Origin: the human T2T-CHM13v2.0 reference genome, Homo sapiens
DNA: 64,000 nt
Direction: 5' to 3' (one strand)
Assembly (NCBI RefSeq): GCF_009914755.1
Contig: NC_060936.1
Under the pieces are notes generated by a model that saw nothing but the letters and a program-made list of their open reading frames with translations, did no database searches and was not told the origin of the DNA. The translations under genes and the position numbers were made by a program. This document shows, piece after piece, positions 54,701-64,000 of the stretch. The stretch's first letter is position 1, and the number at the start of each line of letters is the position of its first letter.

Positions 54701-57700
54701 GTCTAAAGGACAGTTCACCTCTGTGAGTTGAATAGAGGCAACACCAAGAACTTACTCAGTATTCTTCTTTCTAGCGTTATATGAAGAAATCCCGTTTCCA
54801 ACGAAGGCCTCAAAGAGGTCCAAATATCTGCTTGCAGACTTTACAGACAGAGTGTTTCCAAACTACTCTATGAAAAGAAAGCTTAAACTCCTTGAGTTGA
54901 ATGCACACATCACAAAGTAGTTTCTGAGAATGATTCTGTCTTGTTTTTATACGAAGATATTTCCGTTTCTATGATTGGCCTCAAACCATTGAAATCTCCA
55001 ACTGGAAACTGCACAAATAGGGTGTTTCAAATCTGCTCTGTCTAAAGGAAGGTTCAACTCTGTGAGTTGAATACACACACCACAAATAAGTTACTGAGAA
55101 TTCTTCTGTCGAATATTACATGAAGAAATCCCGTTTCCAACGAAGGCTTCAAAGAGGTCCAAATATCCACTTGCAGACATTACAAACAGAGTGTTTCCAA
55201 ACTGCTCCATCAAAAGAAACGTTAAACTCTGTGAGCTGAACACACACATCAAAAAGAAGTTTCTGTGAATGATTCTGTCTAGATTTTATAAGAAGATGTT
55301 TCCTTTTCTACCGTAGGCCTCAAAGCGCTTGAAATCTCCAGCTGCAAATTCCACAAAAAGGGTGTTTAACATCTGCTCTTCTAAAGGAGAGTTCAACTCT
55401 ATGAGTTGAATACACACAGCACAAAGAATTTACTGAGACTTCTCCTATCAAACATTATATGAAGAAATCCCGTTTCCAATGAAGGCCTCAAAGAGGTCCA
55501 AATATCCACTTGCAGACGTGACAAACAGAGTGTTTCCAAACTGCTGCATCAAAAGAAAGTTTAAACTCTGTGAGTTGAACACACACATGACAAAGTAGTT
55601 TCTGTGAATGATTCTGTCTAGTTTTTATACGAAGATGTTTCCTTTTCTACCTTTGGTCTCAAAGCGATTGAAATCTCCACATGGAAACTCCATAAAAAGA
55701 GTGTTTCAAATCTGCTCTTTCTGAAGGAAGGTTCAACTCTGTGAGTTGAATACACACACCGCAAATAAGTTACTGAGAATTCTTCTGTGTAACATTATAT
55801 GAGGAAATCCCGTTTCCAACGAAGGCCTCAAAGAGGTCCAAATATCCACTTGCAGACTTTACAAAGACAGTGTCTCCAAACTCCTCCATCAAAAGAAAGG
55901 TTATACTCTGTGAATTGAACGCACACATCACAAAGTAGTTTCTGAGAATGATTCTGTCTAGTTTTTATACGAAGATATTTCCTTTTCTACATTTGGCCCA
56001 AAAGCGCTTGAAATCTCCACCTGCAAATATCACAAAAAGAGGGTTTCACATCTGCTCTGTCTAAAGGACAGTTCACCTCTGTGAGTTGAATAGAGGCAAC
56101 ACCAAGAACTTACTCAGTATTCTTCTTTCTAGCGTTATATGAAGAAATCCCGTTTCCAACGAAGGCCTCAAAGAGGTCCAAATATCTGCTTGCAGACATT
56201 ACAGACAGAGTGGTTCCAAACTACTCTATGAAAAGAAAGCTTAAACTCCTTGAGTTGAACGCACACATCACAAAGTAGTTTCTGAGAATGATTCTGTCTT
56301 GTATTTATACGAAGATATTTCCGTTTCTATGATTGGCCTCAAAGCCATTGAAATCTCCAACTGGAAACTGCACAAACAGGGTGTTTCAAATCTGCTCTGT
56401 CTAAAGGAAGGTTCAACTCTGTGAGTTGAATACACACACCACAAATAAGTTACTGAGAATTCTTCTGTCGAACATTACATGAAGAAATCCCGTTTCCAAC
56501 GAAGGCCTCAAAGAGGTCCAAATATCCACTTGCAGACTTTACAAACAGAGTGTTTTCAAACTGCTCCATCAAAAGAAAGGTTAAACTCTGTGAGCTGAAC
56601 ACACACTTCAAAAAGAAGTTTCTGTGAATGATTCTGTCTAGATTATATAAGAAGATGTTTCCTTTTCTACAGTAGGCCTCAAAGCGCTTGAAATCTCCAG
56701 CTGCAAATTCCACAAAAAGGGTGTTTAACATCTGCTCTTCTAAAGGAAAGTTCAACTCTATGAGTTGAACACACACAGCACAAAGAAGTTACTGAGACTT
56801 CTCCTATCAAACATTATATGAAGATATCCCGTTTTCAACGAAGGCCTCAAAGAGGTCCAAATATCTGCTTGCAGACTTTACAGACAGAGTTTTTCCAAAC
56901 TGCTCCATCAAAAGAAAGGTTAAACTCCTTGAGTTGAACACACACATCACAAAGTAGTTTCTGTGAATGATTCTGTCTACTTTTTATACGAAGATGTTTC
57001 CTTTTCTGCCTTTGGTCTCAAAGCGATTGAAATCTCCACATGGAAATTCCACAAAAAGAGTGTTTCAAATCTGCTCTTTCTGAAGGAAGGTTCAACTCCG
57101 TGAGTTGAATACACACACCACAAATAAGTTACTGAGAATTCTTCTGTGTAACATTATATGAGGAAATCCCGTTTCCAACGAAGGCCTCAAAGAGGTCCAA
57201 ATATCCACTTGCAGACTTTACAAAGACAGTGTCTCCAAACTCCTCCCTCAAAAGAAAGGTTATACTCTGTGAATTGAACGCACACATCACAAAGTAGTTT
57301 CTGAGAATGATTCTGTCTAGTTTTTATACGAAGATATTTCCTTTTCTACATTTGGCCCAAAAGCGCTTGAAATCTCCACCTGCAAATATCACAAAAAGAG
57401 GGTTTCACATCTGCTCTGTCTAAAGGACAGTTCACCTCTGTGAGTTGAATACAGGCAACACCAAGAACTTACTCAGTATTCTTCTTTCTAGCGTTATATG
57501 AAGAAATCCCGTTTCCAACGAAGGCCTCAAAGAGGTCCAAATATCTGCTTGCAGACATTACAGACAGAGTGTTTCCAAACTACTCTATGAAAAGAAAGCT
57601 TAAACTCTTTGAGTTGAACGCACACATCACAAAGTAGTTTCTGAGAATGATTCTGTCTTGTTTTTATACGAAGATATTTCCGTTTCTATGATTGGCCTAA

Positions 57701-59170
57701 AAGCGATTGAAATCTCCAACTGGAAACTGCACAAATAGGGTGTTTCAAATCTGCTCTGTCTGAAGGAAGGTTCAACTCTGTGAGTTGAATACACACACCA
57801 CAAATAAGTTACTGAGAATTCTTCTGTCGAACATTACATGAAGAAATCCCGTTTCCAACGAAGGCCTCAAAGAGGTCCAAATATCCACTTGCAGACATTA
57901 CAAACAGAGTGTTTCCAAACTGCTCCATAAAAAGAAAGGTTAAACTCTGTGAGCTGAACACACACATCAAAAAGAAGTTTCTGTGAATGATTCTGTCTAG
58001 ATTTTATAAGAAGATGTTTCCTTTTCTACCGCAGGCCTCAAAGCGCTTGAAATCTCCAGCTGCAAATTCCACAAAAAGGGTGTTTAACATCTGCTCTTCT
58101 AAAGGAAAGTTCAACTCTATGAGTTGAATACACACAGCACAAAGAAGTTACTGAGACTTCTCCTATCAAACATTATATGAAGAAATCCCGTTTCCAACGA
58201 AGCCCTCAAAGAGGTCCAAATCTCCGCTTGCAGACTTTACAGACAGAGTTTTTCCAAACTGCTCCATCAAAAGAAAGGTTAAACTCCTTGAGTTGAACAC
58301 ACACATCACAAAGTAGTTTCTGTGAATGATTCTGTCTAGTTTTTATACGAAGATGTTTCCTTTTCTACCTTTGGTCTCAAAGCGATTGAAATCTCCACAT
58401 GGAAACTCCACAAAAAGAGTTTCAAATCTGCTCTTTCTGAAGGAAGGTTCAACTCTGTGAGTTGAATTCACACACCACAAATAAGTTAGTGAGAATTCTT
58501 CTGTGTAACATTATATGAGGAAATCCCGTTTCTAACGAAGGACTCAAAGAGGTCCAAATATCCACTTACAGACTTTACAAAGACAGTGTCTCCAAACTCC
58601 TCCATCAAAAGAAAGGTTATACTCTGTGAATTGAACGCACACATCACAAAGTAGTTTCTGAGAATGATTCTGTCTAGTTTTTATACGAAGATATATCCTT
58701 TTCTACATTTGGCCAAAAAGCGCTTGAAATTTCCACCTGCAAATATCACAAAAAGAGGGTTTCACATCTGCTCTGTCTAAAGGACAGTTCACCTCTGTGA
58801 GTTGAATAGAGGCAACACCAAGAACTTACTCAGTATTCTTCTTTCCAGCGTTATATGAAGAAATCCCGTTTCCAACGAAGGCCTCAAAGAGGTCCAAATA
58901 TCTGCTTGCAGACTTTACAGACAGAGTGTTTCCAAACTACTCTATGAAAAGAAAGCTTAAACTCCTTGAGTTGAACGCACACATCACAAAGTAGTTTCTG
59001 AGAATGATTCTGTCTTGTTTTTATATGAAGATATTTCCCTTTCTATGATTGGCCTCAAAGCCATTGAAATCTCCAACTGGAAACTGCACAAATAGGGTGT
59101 TTCAAATCTGCTCTGTCTAAAGGAAGGTTCAACTCTGTGAGTTGAATACACACACCACAAATAAGTTACT
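42701..59170 (-). repeat. HOR subtype 1, block 2
   Basis: Type-1 markers return (aaactccttgag near 42997, gcagacattacaaac near 43285, cctatcaaac near 43556), and no gccgacatggc occurs until ~59250. Confidence 0.85.
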
Positions 59171-62100
59171 GAGAATTCTTCTCCCGAACATTACCTGAAG
59201 AAATCCCGTTTCCAACGAAGGCCTCAAAGAGGTCCAAATATCAACTTGCCGAGATGGCAAACACAGTGTTTGCAAACTGCTCCGTCAAAAGAAAGGTTAA
59301 ACTCTGTGAGATGAACACACACATCAAAAAGAAGTTTCTGTGAATGATTCTGTCTAGATTTTATAAGAAGATGTTTCCTTTTCTACCATAGGCCTCAAAG
59401 CGCTAGAAATCTCCAGCTGCAAATACCACAAAAAGTGTGTTTAACATCCACTCTGTCTAAAGTAAAGTTCAGTTCTGTGAGTTGAATACACACAGCACAA
59501 AGAAGTTACTGAGACTTCTTCTGTCTAACATTGTATGAAGAAATCCCGTTTCCAACGAAGGCCTCAAAGAGGTCCAAATATCCACTTGCAGACTTGTCAA
59601 TCGGAGTGTTTCCAAACTGCACCATCAAAAGAAAGGTTAAACTCTGTGAGCTGAACACACACATCACAAAGTAGTTTCTGTGAATGATTCTGTCTAATTT
59701 TTATACGAAGATGTTTCCTTTTCTACATTTGGCCTAAAAGCGCTTGAAATCTCCACCTGCAAATATCACAAAAAGAGGGTTTCACATCTGCTCTGTCTAA
59801 AGGACAGTTCACCTCTGTGAGTTGAATAGAGGCAACACAAAGAAGTTACTGAGTATTCTTCTTTCTAGCGTTATATGAAGAAATCCCGTTTCCAACGAAG
59901 GACTCAAAGAGGTCCAAATATCTGCTTGCAGACTTTACAGACAGAGTGTTTCCAAACTACTCTATGAAAAGAGAGCTTAAACTCCGTGAGTTGAACGCAC
60001 ACATCAAAAAGTAGTTTCTGAGAATGATTCTGTCTTGTATTTATACGAAGATATTTCCGTTTCTACGATTGGCCTCAAAGCGATTGAAATCTCCAACTGG
60101 AAACTGCACAAATAGGGTGTTTCAAATCTGCTCTGTCTAAAGGAAGGTTCAACTCTGTGAGATGAATACACACACCACAAATAAGTTACTGAGAATTCTT
60201 CTCTCGAACATTACATGAAGAAATCCCGTTTCCAACGAAGGCCTCAAAGACGTCCAAATATCCACTTGCCGACATGGCAAACACAGTTTTTCTAAACTGC
60301 TCCGTGAAAAGAAAGGTTAAACTCTGTGAGATGAACACACACATCAAAAAGAAGTTTCTGTGAATGATTCTGTCTAGATTTTATAAGAAGATGTTTCCTT
60401 TTCTACCATAGGCCTCAAAGCGCTAGAAATCTCCAGCTGCAAATTCCACAAAAAGTGTGTTTAACATCCGCTCTGTCTAAAGTAAAGTTCAGCTCTGTGA
60501 GTTGAATACACACAGCACAAAGAAGTTACTGAGACTTCTTCTGTCTAACATTATATGAAGAAATCCCGTTTCCAACGAAGGCCTCAAAGAGGCCCAAATA
60601 TCCACTTGCAGACTTGTCAAACGGAGTGTTTCCAAACTGCACCATCAAAAGAAAGGTTAAACTCTGTGAGCTGAACACACACATCACAAAGTAGTTTCTG
60701 TGAATGATTCTGTCTAGTTTTTATACGAAGATGTTTCCTTTTCTACCTTTGGTCTCAAAGCGATTGAAATCTCCACATGGAAACTCCACAAAAAGAGTGT
60801 TTGAAATCTGCTCTTTCTGAAGGAAGGTTCAACTCTGTGAGTTGAATACACACACCACAAATAAGTTACTGAGAATTCTTCCGTGTAACATTATATGAGG
60901 AAATCCCGTTTCCAACGAAGGCCTCAAAGAGGTCCAAATATCCACTTGCAGACTTTACAAAGACAGTGTCTCCAAACTCCTCCATCAAAAGAAAGGTTAT
61001 ACTCTGTGAATTGAACGCACACATCACAAAGTAGTTTCTGAGAATGATTCTGTCTAGTTTTTATACGAAGATATTTCCTTTTCTACATTTGGCCTAAAAG
61101 TGCTTGAAATCTCCACCTGCAAATATCACAAAAAGAGGGTTTCACATCTGCTCTGTCTAAAGGACAGTTCACCTCTGTGAGTTGAATAGAGGCAACACAA
61201 AGAAGTTAGTGAGTATTCTTCTTTCTAGCGTTACATGAAGAAATCCCTTTTCCAACGAAGGCCTCAAAGAGGTCCAAATATCTGCTTGCAGACTTTACAG
61301 ACAGAGTGTTTCCAAACTACTCTATGAAAAGAAAGCTTAAACTCCGTGAGTTGAACGCACACATCACAAAGTAGTTTCTGAGAATGATTCTGTCTTGTAT
61401 TTATACGAAGATATTTCCGTTTCTACGATTGGCCTCAAAGCGATTGAAATCTCCCACTGGAAACTGCACAAATAGGGTGTTTCAAATCTGCTCTGTCTAA
61501 AGGAAGGTTCAACTCTGTGAGTTGAATACACACACCACAAATAAGTTACTGAGAATTCTTCTCTCGAACATTACATGAAGAAATCCCGTTTCCAACGAAG
61601 GCCTCAAAGAGGTCCAAATATCCACTTGCCGACATGGCAAACACAGTTTTTCCAAACTGCTCCGTGAAAAGAAAGGTTAAACTCTGTGAGATGAACACAC
61701 ACATCAAAAAGAAGTTTCTGTGAATGATTCTGTCTAGATTTTATAAGAAGATGTTTCCTTTTCTACCATAGGCCTCAAAGCGCTAGGAATCTCTAGCTGC
61801 AAATTCCACAAAAAGTGTGTTTAACATCCGCTCTGTCTAAGGTAATGTTCAGCTCTGTAAGTTGAATACACACAGCACAAAGAAGTTACGGAGACTTCTT
61901 CTGTCTAACATTATATGAAGAAATCCCGTTTCCAACGAAGGCCTCAAAGAGGTCCAAATATCCACTTGCAGACTTGTCAAACGGAGTGTTTCCAAACTGC
62001 ACCATCAAAAGAAAGGTTAAACTCTGTGAGCTGAACACACACATCACAAAGTAGTTTCTGTGAATGATTCTGTCTAGTTTTTATACGAAGATGTTTCCTT

Positions 62101-64000
62101 TTCTACCTTTGGTCTCAAAGCGATTAAAATCTCCACATGGAAACTCCACAAAAAGAGTGTTTGAAATCTGCTCTTTCTGAAGGAAGGTTCAACTCTGTGA
62201 GTTGAATAGACACACCACAAATAACTTACTGAGAATTCTTCTGTGTAACATTATATGAGGAAATCCCGTTTCCAATGAAGGCCTCAAAGAGGTCCAAATA
62301 TCCACTTGCAGACTTAACAAAGACAGTGTCTCCAAACTCCTCCATCAAAAGAAAGGTTATACTTTGTGAATTGAACGCACACATCACAAAGTAGTTTCTG
62401 AGAATGATTCTGTCTAGTTTTTATACGAAGATATTTCCTTTTCTACATTTGGCCAAAAAGCGCTTGAAATCTCCACCTGCAAATATCACAAAAAGAGGGT
62501 TTCACATCTGCTCTGTCTAAAGGACAGTTCACCTCTGTGAGTTGAATAGAGGCAACACAAAGAAATTACTGAGTATTCTTCTTTCTAGCGTTACATGAAG
62601 AAATCCCGTTTCCAACGAAGGCCTCAAAGAGTTCCAAATATCTGCTTGCAGACTTTACAGACAGAGTGTTTCCAAACTACTCTATGAAAAGAGAGCTTAA
62701 ACTCCGTGAGTTGAACGCACACATCACAAAGTAGTTTCTGACAATGATTCTGTCTTGTATTTATACGAAGATATTTCTGTTTCTACGATTGGCCTCAAAG
62801 CGATTGAAATCTCCTACTGGAAACTGCACAAATAGGGTGTTTCAAATCTGCTCTGTCTAAAGGAAGGTTCAACTCTGTGGGTTGAATACACACACCACAA
62901 ATAAGTTACTGAGAATTCTTCTCTCGAACTTTACATGAAGAAATCCCGTTTCCAACGAAGGCCTCAAAGAGGTCCAAATATCCACTTGCCGACATGGCAA
63001 ACACAGTGTTTGCAAACTGCTCCATCAAAAGAAAGGTTAACCTCTGTGAGATGAACACACACATCAAAAAGAAGTTTCTGTGAATGATTCTGTCTAGATT
63101 TTATAAGAAGATGTTTCCTTTTCTACCATAGGCCTCAAAGCACTAGAAATCTCCAGCTGCAAATTCCACAAAAAGTGTGTTTAACATCCGCTCTGTCTAA
63201 AGTAAAGTTCAGCTCTGTGAGTTGAATACACACAGCACAAAGAAGTTACTGAGACTTCTTCTGTCTAACATTATATGAGGAAATCCCTTTTCCAACGAAG
63301 GCCTCAAAGAGGTCCAAATATCCACTTGCAGACTTGTCAAACGGAGTGTTTCCAAACTGCACCATCAAAAGAAAGGTTAAACTCTGTGAGCTGAACACAC
63401 ACATCACAAAGTAGTTTCTGTGAATGATTCTGTCTAGTTTTTATACGAAGATGTATCCTTTTCTACCTTTGGTCTCAAAGCGATTGAAATCTCCACATGG
63501 AAACTCCACAAAAAGAGTGTTTCAAATCTGCTCTTTCTGAAGGAAGGTTCAACTCTGTGAGTTGAATACACACACCACAAATAAGTTACTGAGAATTCTC
63601 CTGTGTAACATTATATGAGGAAATCCCGTTTCCAACAAAGGCCTCAAAGAGGTCCAAATATCCACTTGCAGATTTTACAAAGACAGTGTCTCCAAACTCC
63701 TCCATCAAAAGAAAGGTTATACTCTGTGAATTGAACGCACACATCACAAAGTAGTTTCTGAGAATGATTCTGTCTACTTTTTATACGAAGATATTTCCTT
63801 TTCTACATTTGGCCTAAAAGCGCTTGAAATCTCCACCTGCAAATATCACAAAAAGAGGGTTTCACATCTGCTCTGTCTAAAGGACAGTTCACCTCTGTGA
63901 GTTGAATAGAGACAACACAAAGAAGTTACTGAGTATTCTTCTTTCTAGCGTTATATGAAGAAATCCCGTTTCCAACGAAGGCCTCAAAGAGGTCCAAATA
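59171..64000 (-). repeat. HOR subtype 2, block 2 (period 1360 bp)
   Basis: Type-2 markers plus private ones (aacatccgctc, acggagtg, cttgtatttatac). A dimers start at ~60036, 61396 and 62756. Confidence 0.88.

Larger units (their letters stand above)
1..64000 (-). repeat. Centromeric alpha-satellite (alphoid) HOR array, SF1 dimeric type, 8-mer of ~1.36 kb; probably human chr12 D12Z3
   Basis: Continuous ~170-bp monomers in one orientation. The minus strand reads ...GGACCTCTTTGAGGCCTTCGTTGGAAACGGGATTTCTTCAT..., typical of SF1 B-type monomers. Four dimer types recur in the order A-B-C-D with a 1359-1360 bp period. A canonical unit has one HindIII site (AAGCTT, 1297-1302) and one PvuII site (CAGCTG, 398-403). 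The alpha-satellite call is near certain; the chr12 assignment is from memory (~0.8). Confidence 0.98.

Noticed and set aside
114-56776. The 21 short ORFs (63-108 aa) in the supplied track
   Set aside because: They are translations of alpha-satellite monomers, opened by chance stop-codon loss or small indels. They recur with the repeat, resemble no protein family I recognise and have no gene context. They were useful only as offset markers.
1-64000. CRISPR-like array (a constant ~35-bp motif around the CENP-B box at regular spacing)
   Set aside because: The intervening ~300 bp is itself repeated rather than unique spacer, there are no cas genes, and the sequence is primate satellite.
1-64000. 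Transposon insertion (L1, Alu, LTR) or inversion in the array
   Set aside because: I saw no non-alphoid stretch, poly(A) tail or target-site duplication, and every CENP-B box I read has the same orientation.
1-64000. Assignment to other 8-mer arrays (SF2 D14Z9/D22Z1, or SF1 D10Z1)
   Set aside because: The context of the box (GGACCTCTTTGAGGCCTTCGTTGG) is SF1-like, not SF2-like. D12Z3 is preferred over D10Z1 from recalled sequence and the HindIII/PvuII periodicity; an HMM or BLAST search is needed to exclude D10Z1 formally.

Overview
The whole 64 kb is one uninterrupted primate (most likely human) centromeric alpha-satellite array. ~170-bp monomers alternate as ~340-bp dimers, with a CENP-B box on the minus strand in every second monomer. 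Four distinguishable dimer types (called A, B, C, D here) form an 8-monomer higher-order repeat (HOR) of ~1359-1360 bp. The dimer sequence fits suprachromosomal family 1 (SF1). The 8-mer size, one HindIII and one PvuII site per unit, and recalled sequence point to the chromosome 12 array D12Z3, but this was not confirmed by a search. I found no genes, RNA genes, transposons, inversions or CRISPR array; all listed ORFs are by-products of the repeat, and I see no new protein-coding system. The interesting content is internal structure: two HOR subtypes in alternating blocks (1-26.7 kb type 1, 26.7-42.7 kb type 2, 42.7-59.2 kb type 1, 59.2-64 kb type 2), several duplications above the HOR level (offsets 12869/11517, 1690, 2718, 3736, 5432, 10523 bp), many chimeric or skipped dimers, and a complex indel that destroys the CENP-B box in 7 copies. 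All alignments were made by eye, so boundaries are approximate.
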